DNA of 63,596 bases, filler included, from Chiloscyllium plagiosum (GCF_004010195.1; 4 parts of one record of this genome joined end to end with filler, not necessarily neighbours in it); one strand, 5' to 3'; shown: positions 24,682 through 37,829, numbered from the whole stretch's first letter. The notes: generated by a model from the sequence alone, not told the origin. Program-made: numbers and translations.

Positions 24682-27600
24682 CCAAATTGTGAAGGAATTT
24701 AGCTCCGATTCCAAGAAATACTGCCTGCCTTTGAATTTACCGACTGTTTGATTGTTAAACCATATTGTTCTCTGAATGTCTGAGACTGAGGCATCCTGAA
24801 ATTATATTCTTATGCAATTTTCTATCCAGCACGTCTCTCGTGTGAAACTGTGGATGGTCATTTCAACACGTTCATTCATTTTATCGATCAGTCCAATGGA
24901 GCCACCAAGTTTGCAGCTTTCTTTCATATCAGAAGTAGCTCCTCTGTTACATTGTACCTTCGGCATTGAATATCACTTTAAAGCACAGGTTTCATTTCAC
25001 TTAATTCCTTTGCGTCAGACCATTTCTTCCCCAGATTATCTTATTTAACCAATACTAATAAGCCAGCAGGTTGTCAAGCAACGTTGTTGCGTCTTGCAGA
25101 AAGCAGCAACCATATGTTGCATCCCAGAAACAGCGAATTGCTTTCAATTCCTGTATGCCAGTTTGTCATTGTCCCTTAACAATTTATTTTGGAAAAAGAC
25201 CCTTGATGTAAATTACCCCAATCTGCATTTACTTTGGCGACTTATTAAGAAACCTCACAGTTATTCAAATGCTGTGACAATTACTTCAACTTTATTGCAT
25301 ATAGCAACAAAGCTGAGAATCCTGAAGTGAGCAAGTTAAGACTCAGAACCTACCTTTGCTATTTATGTTAGATGAAAAGTATGATGCGAACCAACACTGT
25401 CTGTCTTTGGTGTCCGCTGATAGATCACTGTGCAATGCTGTTCTCCAGAGTTCAGCTATCGCTGAATTCTGTTGTTGTCCTATTATACAGAAATCCGTAC
25501 TTCAGTCTATAGCGACACAGTGTTGATAATCACTCAGATTCTTTCATTCAAATGATTAATTACTTTATCAGCGTTCTCAAGTCTGCAGCTTGCTTTCTGA
25601 TCAGAAATAAGGCCCTGCCCTTAATGCATGTCATTTTTCATTTGTGGGATGTCGGCATTTCTGTTCTGCCAGCATGTCTTCAACAGTTCTAGTTGCCCTT
25701 GAGAAGTTGGTGGTTTGCTGCTCTTTTGAACATTTGCATCTCATCTACAGTGGGTTGATCACAATGCGATTGAGGAGGGAATTCCACGATTTTCACACAG
25801 CGAACGTGAAGGAATGGGTTGTGAGGGTTGTGAGTTGCTTGGAGGTGAAGTTGAAGATGTCTGCACTCCCATACATGTGCTGCCCTTGTCTTTTAACTTG
25901 AAAATGGTCATGGAACGTGATGGAACGTGATGACTGAGGATTTTTTGATGAATGTCTGCAGTGTGTCTTGTATGTGGTATGTACTGCTGCGATTGCGAGT
26001 TGATGGAGGAGGGAGTGAATGCATGTGCATGTCATACCAAATAAGTGGCTGATTTTTCCTGGAGAGTGGTGAACTTCTTGACTGGCTTTGGAGCTGCACA
26101 CATCCAGGCAATTGGAAAGTTTTCTTTCTGACTCCTGATTTTGTTCATTGCAGAAAAGGTGTTCCAAGCTCCACATCTGCGGCCTTTGTGGTATGTCAAG
26201 GAGAATGACCATCCTTCTTGGAATAAAAACTGAATCACCCTAAGGGGATTGTCATACCATATAATGTTTTAAAAGGACTATGAAAAGTGGTGTCATCCTG
26301 TTTATCAGCAACTTCTAATAGGCAAGTGAAATAAATCTCTGACACACATTTTGGGATACACAAATAACAACTTATTTACCTGACACGAATAGTGAGCAGA
26401 CCATTCCCCTAAATCTACTATTCACGAGAAAAAACCGCAAGATTGAAATGGTATGCTGGTTTCATTACTGCCTGAGTTTTTCCAAATTCCTGAAATGTAT
26501 GCCAAGTACAGAAAAAGGTCAACCACACACTGTAGTCCAGGCCAGGAGAAATGCTTGTTTTCTTTAGCTTGAGGTTTTCTTAAATACTGAATTACCTTGT
26601 ATTGTTAATTCATGTGCTACATGCAACACCACCTGTCTATAACCCCATGGTAATACAACTTGATGAACCTCTGCCTATTTCTGATCCGCGTGATATTTGA
26701 TAGTTTGCATTTCCTGATCAGGATATCATTTTTAAGATCGTAACATTCGGGAATATACTCAGATGTTTGTCTGTCAACTTTGCAGTAAATATTACATATT
26801 CTTCTAACAGAACCCTTTCGAAATTTGGGTCAAAATTCAATTAGTTTTCCTGATTATCTCTTGCACCTCTCTGTTCATTTCTATGTTTCATGCAGATGTA
26901 TTATCAAGCATTTATGAGCCCTTTTCTGTTATTTTCATTGAAACAATTCGGTGTTTTTTTGTGCTCCCTTTCAATATGAAAACCTTCACATTTTTTCATT
27001 TTTTATTCAATTGTACATTTTTTTTGATCACTTACTTAATCCATCATTGCCTCTCTGTAGATGGGTTGTGAATTAGAATTTGCCTTGTCACCTGTTGTTG
27101 TGTTGTCCGAAAATTTGGCAAAAGTGCATTCCCTTTCCCTCCTGCAAATCATTAATAAAGATTCCAAAACACGTGTAGTACCAGGACTGACCCCGGTTGA
27201 ACACGTCTCAATAAACATCGCCATTTCTAAAAATAACTCCTGAACACCATTTGCTATTTCCTGCCAAATACCAAATTCTCAAACTATGCCGATATTCCTA
27301 TCTCTGATACCATGGACACCTGTGTCTTCACCTTGTTAGCATGGTTCCTTGTGAAACACATTCTGGTAGTTTGAACGCTCTGCTTTGATTGTTTCTCTTT
27401 CTTTCGATTATGATTTAGACTTCACCGAAAAGGTCGAAGGAAGTTTTCAGAAATTGATTTTTTTTTGAAGACACATTCATTTTGCTTGATTAATCTGTGA
27501 TTTTCCAAGTGGACCGCTATTCTTTAATGAACAGTTGAATCTGCTGCATTTGTTTTCAACAAGAGATGGTCAGCAGATTGGCTCACGGTTAACAAAGTTT

Positions 27601-27683
27601 GGTCACGTTCCCGTTTTTTTTTCGAAAAGTATGACACATTGGCAGTTTTTGAAATCTCTGGTACTCTTTCCGAATTCAGTTTC

Positions 27684-27812
27684 TAGAACATAGAACACAG
27701 AGCAGAGAACAATACAGCGCAGAACAGGCCCTTCGGCCCTCGATGTTGAGCCGACTTGTGAACTATTCTCAGATCGTCCCCCTACACTATCCCAAAATCA
27801 TCCATGTGCTAA
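27684..27812 (-). mobile_element. Short CR1 3' end fragment
   Basis: AGAACATAGAAC..ACAGGCCCTTCGGCCC tail, same as other CR1 ends. Confidence 0.75.
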
Positions 27813-27898
27813 TCTTTTATTTTCTTTTGAAAAATTAAAAACAATGCACCTGCTACATCTGTAGTTACATCTTTTCGAATTCCAGGGTGTAATTTATT

Positions 27899-28023
27899 AT
27901 GAAGAAGGACTCATGCTAGAAACGTCGATTCTCCTGCTCCTTGGATGCTGCCTGACCTGCTGCGCCTTTCCAGCAACACATTTTCAGCTCTGATCTCCAG
28001 CTTCTGCAGTCCTCATTTTCTCC
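27899..28023 (+). mobile_element. PLE hammerhead tail cassette with 11-bp target-site duplication
   Basis: TGTAATTTATT at 27888-27898 and 28024-28034; core TGAAGA-AGGACTCATGCTA-GAAACGTC (degenerate); absent in units 1 and 2. Confidence 0.75.
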
Positions 28024-28834
28024 TGTAATTTATTCGGACCAGGAGATTATATGGCCCAATTAATTTCTCTGACAGGACTTCTCTCCCGATGTGTTAATTT
28101 TCAATTCCTCCTCTATATTCTTAAAATTAGTAGCTTCATTGTGTTTTCTGAAAGAAACACTGAGATTCATTCAAGTGCTCGGTGTTCATACCCAGGCTAC
28201 CAGATGGACTACATCAGTTTTTAACTTGACTAGAATGTGTTACTGGTTGGGAGGGTGGCATTCTTAGAGTTAAGGAAAATTAATGGTTTTGTTGAATAGG
28301 ATGTGGAGAGCAGTCAATCTCCAGGATGGTAATCAATCGTTTAGGATTCCCTTGTCCATTAATCACGACTGAGTATTCGATTTCAGAAACTGGACAATGG
28401 TTAGACTGTGATGAGCTATGGTATGCATTACTGGCGGAACAATTAGCAATTGATCAGAGAAGAGCTTAGTCGATAAAGGGATCAATGACAAAAAAAGTAG
28501 ATGCCAATTTCCAAGGCAAGTTTATTTCACGCAAATGAATGCCGTCTAAATTCAGAAATGAGGTACAGTACAAGACAATAGAATCCAATGAACAGAGAAG
28601 GCAATGGAAGTGAAGTCAACGATGCCAGGTGCAGCTTATATTCTATTTAGGATATTATGAAAAAGAAAAGTTTGTTTTAGCTTCACAGGTAAATGTGAGT
28701 AGAATCAGTGATGATTTGAGACAATTGCATCTCCAGAGATCTGATGCATGTATAAATGCATATTACCTTTCCATACCTTGGCCACACACCAGTCACAGAC
28801 CTTCAGCCTCCGCTGAGGTAATTCATTCTCAGAA

Positions 28835-29863
28835 ATGGCAAAAGCACCGATTTTGCTGTTGAAAGAGATTTACTATCCGCTTCTCGCAGCTGCAAGTCTA
28901 CCAGGTAAGGCATTCAACCAGTTTGTATTTAATTGATTTACATTTTTCATTGTTAATGCCACATACGCTTTATCTCAGTGTTAAAAGAACAATATAAAAA
29001 TCGTGCCAGGACACGTTTTCCTGGAGCTTCTTTTCTAGAAGCATTACTAGTTTAACTATAATAATTCAGCGTAAGTGGCCTCTGAAAATATATTTGTTGA
29101 TCTTCAGACAGTCCAACAATACCACATAGAATGATGACTTGAACAGCATAATAAATGCTTGGGTAAATTTCGTAGATTGTAAATGAATTACAATGTGTAC
29201 AAATCCTTTTAGTAAGTACCTTCACCTCTGTTTCTGTCATGCATTGCAATATTAACGATCATTTCTGTTTCTCTGGCAGCGAACATGATGACTATTTTAA
29301 TTCTCTTACGAGGAAACTGTGGTCTGTCCAAATGCATTTCGGCTTACTTGGTGGCCATGGCAACGTCGTATCTAATAGTTATTGTCAATAGTATTATAGT
29401 GTATCGTTATTTGAGTTATCACTTTCCATTTTCCTTCTTCTCCCACACATCTGTGTGCAAGCTCATTGCATAGTTGACTACCATCGGTCTGGATCTAACT
29501 GTTTGGTTCACCGTTTCCTTCACATTTGACAGATTTGTGGCGATCTGCTGTCAGAAGTTTAAGACAAAACATTGCACTGAAAAAACTGCAATCACAATAT
29601 TAATAATAGTCTCCGTTCTGATCTTGTTAAAGAACATCCCAGTTTTGTTTGCATATGAACCAGTGCAAATCATTAATAAAATTGAATGGGGCTGACGGTC
29701 AAGTGTAACTTTCATTGCTTCATCTCCAGGGATAACTTTTGTTTAGTTCTACAGCACCTGGGTTGCTTGGCTTCCATTTCTCCTAATTTTCGTGTTTAAT
29801 TCTTTAACCATCCACCGTGTTCTCGTGGCAAATATAACTCGCATTGGACTCCAGGGTCACAGA
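28835..29863 (+). pseudogene. GPR139-like: GPR139-like copy 3, nonsense pseudogene (exon 1 28835-28904, exon 2 from 29280, cut by scaffold end)
   Basis: Splice sites intact, but in-frame stops TAG 29471 (Tyr), TGA 29693 (ECL2 Cys) and TAG 29744 (Trp) relative to copies 1 and 2. Confidence 0.9.
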
Positions 29864-29963
29864 NNNNNNNNNNNNNNNNNNNNNNNNNNNNNNNNNNNNN
29901 NNNNNNNTTAATTAATTAANNNNNNNNNNNNNNNNNNNNNNNNNNNNNNNNNNNNNNNNNNNN
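29864..29963. other. Artificial scaffold-joining spacer (44N-TTAATTAATTAA-44N)
   Basis: Identical 100-bp construct occurs three times; the palindromic linker has stop codons in all six frames. Confidence 0.95.
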
Positions 29964-30393
29964 CATGGATTCAAACTTTTGTCAGAATTCCAATAGTTTC
30001 CTGTTATCACCTGCAATAGCCTGGGATATAACGCACGCAGAGCTGGGTATTTGTTCAATTTACAATCGATAATACCTCACTCTCCTTCTTTCTAATATGA
30101 ATCTGCTCAAAAACTTCACAGGCAATTTGCCAAAATTTTGTAGACATTTTTGTCTCGAGGGAAGATATGTGAGAAGCACTGATTTCTTAGTCAGCCAATA
30201 TTTTCGAGTTATTTTGCAGAGTCGCCCTTGGTCTCGCATAGGCGTTAATATTTCCCTCATCATTCTGTTCGATTCATATTCTTGCAGAACATTTTGGGAC
30301 TTTATCCAATCTTACCTTCCAGGGTATTTTCAGATCACAATTTTCTCACCTTCTTGTTTTCCTCAGCTGACAAAATCCCCACCTTCACCCCAT

Positions 30394-31250
30394 ATGGAAC
30401 ATAGAACTATAGAGAAAGCAGAGGACTTTCAGCACAAGAAGATCTTCTGAATCTGACGCCATATTAAACTAATCCCAATTGCTTGACCGTGCTGCATATC
30501 CCTAGATCCCTTGCATAATGATTTGCTTATCCTTAAGTCCCTTAGATGCCGCAACAGTGTCGTCCTGCACCATTACCTCTGGCAGCGCATTCGTGTCAAC
30601 CTTATAAAAAGGTCCGTTACATCTCGTTTGAAATTTTGCGCTCACTTTAATTGGTTGTCCCAGTACTACATATTTCAATTCTGGGAAAGCGAGTCAGGCG
30701 GTCAACCCCAGCTAAACGTCCCATAATAGTATGGACTTCTAAAAAATCTTGCCTGAGCCTCCGCCGCTTCAGAGGAAATAGCCGAATTTTTCTACACTCT
30801 CGATCATGCCCCAATCGCCAATCCAATATGCAACCTGATAAATCTCTTTTGCACCCACTCCAAAGCACTCACATCTTTTCAGAAATGTAGCAGCCAGCAT
30901 TGAACAAAATGCTCTATGTGTGACCGATATAACTCTTATTATGCTGCAACATGACAAACCTGACTCCTATATTAAAGTCCCCAAACAAGAAAATCAAGCA
31001 AGCCGTACACCTGCTTTACCACCGTGGACATTTTCAGGGAATTATTAAGTTGAACCCGAAGATCCCTCCTTACAGCAGTACTTTTCGGTGTTCCTCTATT
31101 AATTGTATACTTTTACTTAATGTTTCGTTTGCAATAAAAAAAACACCTCACTGTAACTTCGATTACTCTTCATGTGACATTTATACGCCAATATCTACAA
31201 ATGATATTTATCCCACTGGATCTTTTGACCAACTTTTAAATTATCCATAA
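30394..31250 (-). mobile_element. Old CR1 LINE 3' fragment
   Basis: RLFPLKRRRLRQDFLEVHTIM (~LFSLERRRLRGDLIEVYKIM); GAACATAGAAC tail. Confidence 0.7.
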
Positions 31251-31282
31251 ATTAACTGAACTTTGTATAGCCTGAAAATAAA

Positions 31283-32067
31283 TACACGAGAACTCGATTA
31301 TCCGAGCGAAATGGGCGCGCACTATTTCGTTCGGATAATCTATTATTCGGTTAATCGATTAAACGCCTTTCATCTGGGGCAATGAGTATTAAAGGTCTGT
31401 TCCCTGTTCAGCAGCAGACAGCGTGCGAGCGCCCGAACCAACACCGCGCCCCTCCCACAACCCCGTCCAACATTGCCCCCCCACCCCATCCCCATCCATA
31501 CCCGACCCCCTCCCGTCCCCGTCCTGAACCCTGTCCATCACCGCCCGCCACCCGCCCCCAACCCTGTGCATCGACGCCCCCGCCGCCACACCCCGTCCAT
31601 CGCCATGCCAAACCTCAGAATCCCGTCCACCTCTGCACCCCTCCTGCGCCCCCCAGTCCAACCCGCCCCCCCGCTCCGGGGCAGCCGTACTGAACACAAA
31701 CAACATGACTGCTGCTGTTTCTGCCTTTGTGAGGTAAGTCTCAAAATAGCGCACATACACACACACAAAAACACACACATGCAAATGCACAGAGCGAAAC
31801 ACAATACATTTTACTGTAACTTTTTGACAGGTTTCACATTTGCCTTGCACAGGACAATCTTGGCGAGATTGTCGATGGACGGGGGTTTAGGGTGCACCCC
31901 TTTGTAGAACCCCAGGGAAAGTGTTGGGAGAGATAGAGGGCGCGAGATCAGTCACTTGGAGACGGTGATTTTTTAATCACTGTCACCAAAAGATGTAATT
32001 ACTGTTGGAAACACATCTTCAATGTAATATTTCTCTCGGGGATCTCGCGATCTCCTACGGATAATCC
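31283..32067. mobile_element. Non-autonomous pogo/Tigger-like (Tc1/mariner) MITE, right end degenerate
   Basis: TA + CACGAGAACTCGATTATCCGA left end with internal repeats of CGGATAATC/CGGTTAATCG; inverted CGGATAATCC at 32058; C-rich internal segment with no credible ORF. Confidence 0.55.
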
Positions 32068-33174
32068 AATGAATGACAGAACAATCCATATTGTTTGAGG
32101 ATTGACATGTCAGTTTTTCAACAGGTGCTGCAGAACCGAGAGCTGTGCAATTTTTTTCGACTGTAGCGTTCTGATGATTGCGCATAAAGAAAACAAGAGA
32201 TTCTCAGAGACGTTCGACATATTGCAAGTATCACTGATGATGAATATTATAGCTGGAAAAAAGAAGGACAGAGAGAGGCAATCTAGGCTATATCATTTGT
32301 ATTTATTTATAAACAGAAACTGTTGGAGGAACTCAACAATTTCGGCATCGTCTTTGGTCGGAAACTAGATTTAAAATGTCGTGTCACATGATCATTCAAG
32401 GTACCAAACATAAATTTTCACGACAAATCACTGCGTCTTTGGAATCCAGTGGATCCCCAATATCTTTCCCGTTATGATATAAGCAGAAACATGCGACATT
32501 CCGTGTTTGTAAATCTAAAAGTCATGTACGCTATTTTACAATGGTGTGTTTTCTTTAAACAAGCTGCAAGTTCAAATGTAACAGAACTGAATTGATTTAA
32601 CTTTAGCGTCTCACATACTCAAATGTGTCCAGTGATAATATTGCAGTCATCGCAATACAGCACCATATTAACTATAGAGGTGACTCATTACAGTCATTTA
32701 AGATCAAATTGTTAGGAAACGCGCATCGTAACAGAAGTAAAGAAACAAATATTTCAAAATTATATTCCATGGTAATAAAATAGAAAAGTAAAAATGTAAA
32801 AAGCTCCAAATAAAAGTCATTCTGATATAGTCCATATCAGTAACTTGTTTCAAGGGATAACTTGCAAAACTTCGTTGCAACGTGCACGAGAACTAAAAAC
32901 ATATGAGTTACCCCACAGCAGGTGCCATCCCTTCGCCGCTCGGAATAATTCACTGACACCACTGAACCTACACTCGCACCACGACCAGGTGCGATTCACT
33001 CCCCTGCCACGCAAGCCCTCATGTCCAGCTGCGACTGCAGATATTGCTTTGCTGGCGCCACCATCTGTCGCAAACGACAGAAGAACAAGTCTGCTGCTGC
33101 TACCAAAGGTACCAAAATCCAAGAGAAGCCGTGCCCACCGCTACGTTCTTGCTGCGGTGTGGGTGCAGCCAAAC

Positions 33175-35439
33175 AACCCGCAAAGCTGGGTTTTTTTTCC
33201 CGAAAAACTGTTCCTTTTCTCAAGGATATTCTGTCATTGTTTTTTTTTCCAGGGATTTAAGAACAGCTTTCAGTGCCAATTAATTTGGTTTGCTGCAAAT
33301 ATTAAAGGGTATTGAGAAGTATTTTTGTTTATATGTAAACAGATGAGAATTAAGGTCGAAACAGTCATGTTTCGAAGTGACCTGTATAATGAAAGGGGAG
33401 TGGTCAGCTCTCCAGGCGAAAGTAAGGACTGCAGATGCTGAAGACTAGAGTCAAGGTTAGGGTGGCAGTGAAAGAGCACAGCAGGTCAGACAGCATCCGA
33501 GGAAGCAGGGAAATCGACGATTTGCACAAGAATGAAGGGCTGATGAAGGGCTCCTTCCCGAAATGCGATGTGCTTTACCAGCACCACTCTAATCTGGTCA
33601 CCTCTCTGGGTGAACCATTTCATTCACTCTCGAATTAATTGTGAGTTTAACAGTGAGCTGCGTGTAAGCAACTTCTCTCTCTTTTCTGCCATTCAAAATT
33701 CAACCTATCAGCTACTGATCCATTCATTTACATTTTCTAAGGGGGTTTGCTTATTGGGAATGCTGGGTGCATTCGGAAACGCATTATTAATTCCAGTTTT
33801 GCTAGACTGAGTTATGTATGAGTTCTTTATTCTGTTCTTTGTGTTGTATTGTGTACTTTTGTGAATACATATGTTTCTGTTCTGAAGCTGTTAGTTAACT
33901 TCGCTAACCTATTCCGGGTAACTAACACTGTACACTTGCCGAAAGTTTGGATTCGGGGCAGCTTGCTTAAGATTTTGCTTTGAATGGTCTGGCCCGATCC
34001 AAAACAGATTTGGGTCTCTTGGAGGAATTTCCCACATAGTCGACCAAAACAAAGCAATACTGACAGTTCTTGGTACTGAGTTGATTTTACTGAATGCTTG
34101 TGCCAGACGTTCGTAGTGTGATTGCTGCACTCACTAAATTGTTAAAAAAAGCTACAATTTTCAGTGGACAGTGGACTGTCAAAAGACACTTTACGGCCTT
34201 AAAAACTGTGTTAACCACTGCCCCAAAACTAGCCACACCGGATTACATGAAGCCGTTCAAGGTGGTGATCGATGCCAGTGATGTGGGTATTAGTGCTGTG
34301 CTCCTGACTGTAGAATAACGAGTGAACAGAAAGACCCCTTGAGTATTTTTCAAGGAAGTTGAACTTCCATCAATATTCAACATTGGAGGAAGATATTTTA
34401 ACCTTGGTGTTGGCATTGCGACATTTCACTGTTTTCATTAACAGCAATGCATCTGAAACAATCGTATACACTGATCAAAACCCTTTGATATTTGTGAAAA
34501 AAAATATAAGGACATAAATTTCAGTCTGTTTAGTGGAGGTTGATGTTGCAGCGATTCAGTTTGATAATTGTGCGTATGACAGCTCGCGAAAACGTGATTG
34601 CCGATACATTATCGAGACTCGAAGTTGATGCGAGGGCTTTTGGTGGTGGGTGTAGATGAAATTTCATGTGGTTATATATGTTTGTATATTTACAGTTAAT
34701 GTAGTGTATATGTGTGTTTGGATTACTAACCAGGTCTTTGAAAGGTTTTCAAACTGAAGCCACCTTTTCATATTGATGATTCATTTTGTTTTGAAGGGGG
34801 AGATTTTTCAAAGCTGGTTTCCTTTTTTTTAAAGGTTCATCTTTTTTCTCAAGGATAACATGTCCTTCGTTTCCGCAGTGGTGTAATAGCCGAGTAGTCT
34901 GGTTTTGTGTAGAGATTATAGGGTATTGAGAGGCCTTTTTGATTATATGTAAACAGATGAGACTTCAGGCCAAAATGGGTATGTTTGAGTAGTGACCTGT
35001 AAAATGAAAGGGAAGTTGTCAGCACTCTTCCTGAGCCTGTTAATTTAGTCCAGAACTAGTTTGGAGTTCAACAGTGAGCTCTGTGGAAAAAGCCTCACTC
35101 TTTTCTGCCCTCATGATTTCAACCTGGAAGCATCTTTTCCATTCATTTATTTTGGTTTCTAAGAGGATTGTTTATTGTGACTGTTGTGTGTATTTAGAAC
35201 AGCCTAATTATGTCGAGCTTGGATAGGCTGAGCTCTGTCGGGATTTGTTTTTTTGTTCAATCATTTGTGTTTCATTGTCTAATTTTGCGAATAAATCTTT
35301 GTCTGTTTTGAACCTGGTTGTCGGTCTCGCTAACTTACTCTGGTAATTTTCACTGTACACGGACCGAAACCTATTGCATATTTAGGGTCTGGGCTGCCTG
35401 CTTAAGAATGTTTTGAGTGATTTGGCCCAGACCAAATAA
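33175..35439 (+). mobile_element. Internally deleted Gmr1-type Gypsy LTR retrotransposon (LTR ~33175-34006, RT/RNase H ~34090-34620, PPT 34793-34802, LTR ~34803-35439)
   Basis: Two diverged direct repeats (AAAGCTGG..CTCAAGGATA..TATGTAAACAGATGAGA..GTGACCTGTA..GGCCC); TTAPKLATPDYMKPFKVVIDASDVGISAVLL, YFSRKLN, YTDQNPL, RENVIADTLSR; GAAGGGGGAG purine tract. Confidence 0.8.
33413..33594. mobile_element. Inverted pair of PLE hammerhead tails inserted in the Gypsy 5' LTR
   Basis: Flanked by TGGTCAGCTCTC (33401) / TGGTCACCTCTC (33595); CTGATGA-AGGG..CCC-GAAA at 33540-33563; absent from the 3' LTR. Confidence 0.7.
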
Positions 35440-35551
35440 GAGAAAAGAAAGGATCAAAGCAAAACGGAAAGAGAACGACAGAAAGGAACTGAATAACTGA
35501 ACACAGTCTTTCACATCTGTGGACTTGATCATTTGTTGCCACGACCCATAA

Positions 35552-35762
35552 AGATTATGTTACTTACAGTGCGGAAACAGGCCCTTCGGGGCAACTAGTC
35601 CACACCGACCCTCCGAAGAGCAACCCAGCCAGACCCATTCCCGTACTTGTAACACTTCACCTAACACCTAATTCACCTAATCTGCACATTTTTGGACTGT
35701 GGGAGGAAACCAGAGAAAACCCACGCAGACACGGGGAGAATGTCCGCCTTCCACACTGACAG
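35552..35762 (-). mobile_element. 5'-truncated HE1-type V-SINE
   Basis: Reverse complement of the V-core (CCCACGCAGACACGGGGAGAATGT; TTTGGACTGTGGGAGGAAACC) and tail of the SINE at 5413. Confidence 0.85.
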
Positions 35763-36229
35763 GTACCTTTGGGGGGAAATTTCTTGAGTAATGATCCTTG
35801 TTCAGAATCGTCCTCTCAGCCATCCCCTTCCCGCCTTAACCACAGTACTCAGTCTGAATAACTAACTTAAATCCGCTCAGTGTTATGTACATAAACACAG
35901 ATGAATTTCACCGCAGTTAACTCATTTTCCGATACCTCAATGCAGTTCTTTCATGGAACGTGAAATGCTTTCATCACAGAGTCACAGGGCGGTAGATATT
36001 GCAGCAGATTGTTTGTGATTTCTAATGTGTCAGGATGATGGTGGCCTTCTTAAACTTAGTGGGGAATTCAGACTGAAGTAAGGAGAACTTTAGAGGTCAT
36101 CGAATACCAACGTTAGCTGGTCCGCATATGACCAGTAAGTCCATCTGACTGGATTTCCTTGGCTCACTGTAATGAAGGTTAAATTGGCATCTGCAGTGGA
36201 CACAGAGGGAAGAGATTTATCTGAAACTG

Positions 36230-36900
36230 TAAAAATAGTGGCACCATTTCGCTGAAGATCGGATGGACCGGATGATCAAATGCATTCACTTATCAGACAG
36301 TGCGATATTTTATACAATATTCTTTCCTGCGTCACTCTGTAGGCTGTTGTGTCAAGTCGGTCATGTCACAGACGGCGGGCGTCTATATGGTGAGTTTAGG
36401 TCTCTTACATAAGTCCAGTATTGTCTCTTGACGTCCGTTATGGCTTTCCTGAGGTTGTGTCTGGATTTCTTGGACAGCTCTGGTTCTTCTGAATTGAACC
36501 CCGCACACCCTATCTTCAGACAGCAATGTATTTCTCGATTCATACGTGACCTCCCGTTAGGGAATGTACGGTTTCACGTATTTCACAATCTGTCCTGTAC
36601 ATTCTTGCTAATGACGTCCGTGACGACTTTGTCATATTCGTCCCGGGTTGCATTGAATTCCTGAATATGGGCTATTCCACTGCTCCTCACAGGCCTGCAA
36701 AAGCTGTTCCGTTGCTCAGATCAGTATTGCATGACTTTTTGCAATGTGTCCTCAGGCTTCAACTTCTGATTGTGATCTGGGAGGTAAAACACATCGTTCT
36801 GATTGTATTGTCCAAACTGCAGACGGGAAATGGAGCTGTTGGCATTTTTGAGGTTTCTCCAGGGATGGTCAAGAATTGTCGAAAAAAGGAAGTGCCGGAG
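36230..36900 (-). mobile_element. Old Rex1/Babar-clade LINE fragment
   Basis: TILDHPW..QFGQYNQNDVFYLPDHNQKLK (~ILDHCY..HFGKSDH..LLPAYKQKLK) and FNSEEPELSKKSRHNLRKAITDVKRQY. Confidence 0.65.
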
Positions 36901-37829
36901 ACGTGTTGATGGTATTTGTGAAACGGCACAGCAACTCACAGTGCAATTCACAGTATGTGTCCTTTCAGCTTCGAAAAGAATTGATATATGGGTTAGCACT
37001 TGAAACGTCATCACTTTCAAGTGCTTGAAAGGGGGAATAGTGTCGAAATGCTGATGTAGACACGATTGAATGAAAGGCACATTCTGTGGCCAATTCGACT
37101 ACGTTGACTTAATGTAATTAAACTTGGCAGGTTTGCTCTTGTGCAAATATGGAAGAGAGTATTCTATTAAAACAATGCATTTAAATGTGTTGGATAGTCT
37201 GGAAAGGGTGAACAGAGCATGGATGTCATCGTGGTCCAACTGTATCCGAAGAACTGTCTCCTATGGACTATGAAGGCATTCTTGTCTTATCCCATTGGGA
37301 CAACTGAAACATTATCACCGGCACAACAGTTTTAGGAAAGAGGGAGAGGAAGGACAGTAGTCTGAGCTCAGGAGATAATACCGCTGCAAAATAAGATCAC
37401 AAATCAAGGACATCTCCCAGAGTATTACAGCAACGCTTTAGGATCTGACTACAAATAATTGGACTTTTGACAAAACTGCAGAGAGATTTACATATTTGTT
37501 GACATGGTCTCTGGAAATCATTTATGGTTAACATTGTCTGATTCTATTCTCTGTGCATTTCACATTTTACAGTACTTGTACTTTCCGATTTTGGTTGTAA
37601 TTGGGGTATGCAGTAAGTATCAACATTCATTTATTGATTCAATTCAACAGATTAAGCTGATAGGGTGAAGAGTCACCAAGCTCCAAATGTTAACTCTGCT
37701 TTCTTCCCGAAGATGCTGCCAGAACTGCTGAGATGCACCAGCATTTTCAGATATTCTTCTCGTTATTTCCTTCACTACTTTTGCTGTGGAATTTCTGCAT
37801 TTTTATTTTTGAATGTCACAGTCACTATT

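Larger units (their letters stand above)
22594..29863. repeat. Tandem segmental duplication unit 3 (internal deletions, truncated at scaffold end)
   Basis: Collinear with units 1 and 2. CR1 insertion at 22929-24681; jumps near 26460 and 26775 skip sequence present in unit 1 (about 2150-2810 and 3110-6020). Confidence 0.9.

Noticed and set aside
29908..29919. Palindrome TTAATTAATTAA (also 51629, 56993)
   Set aside because: Synthetic six-frame-stop linker embedded in N runs, not genomic
31382..31907. Overlapping Pro-rich/Gly-rich ORFs on both strands
   Set aside because: Low-complexity C-rich interior of a MITE-like element; ORFs arise from stop-codon scarcity
32845..33315. 156-aa ORF in a GC-richer patch
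   Set aside because: No recognisable domain or splice structure, and the 3' part runs into an LTR
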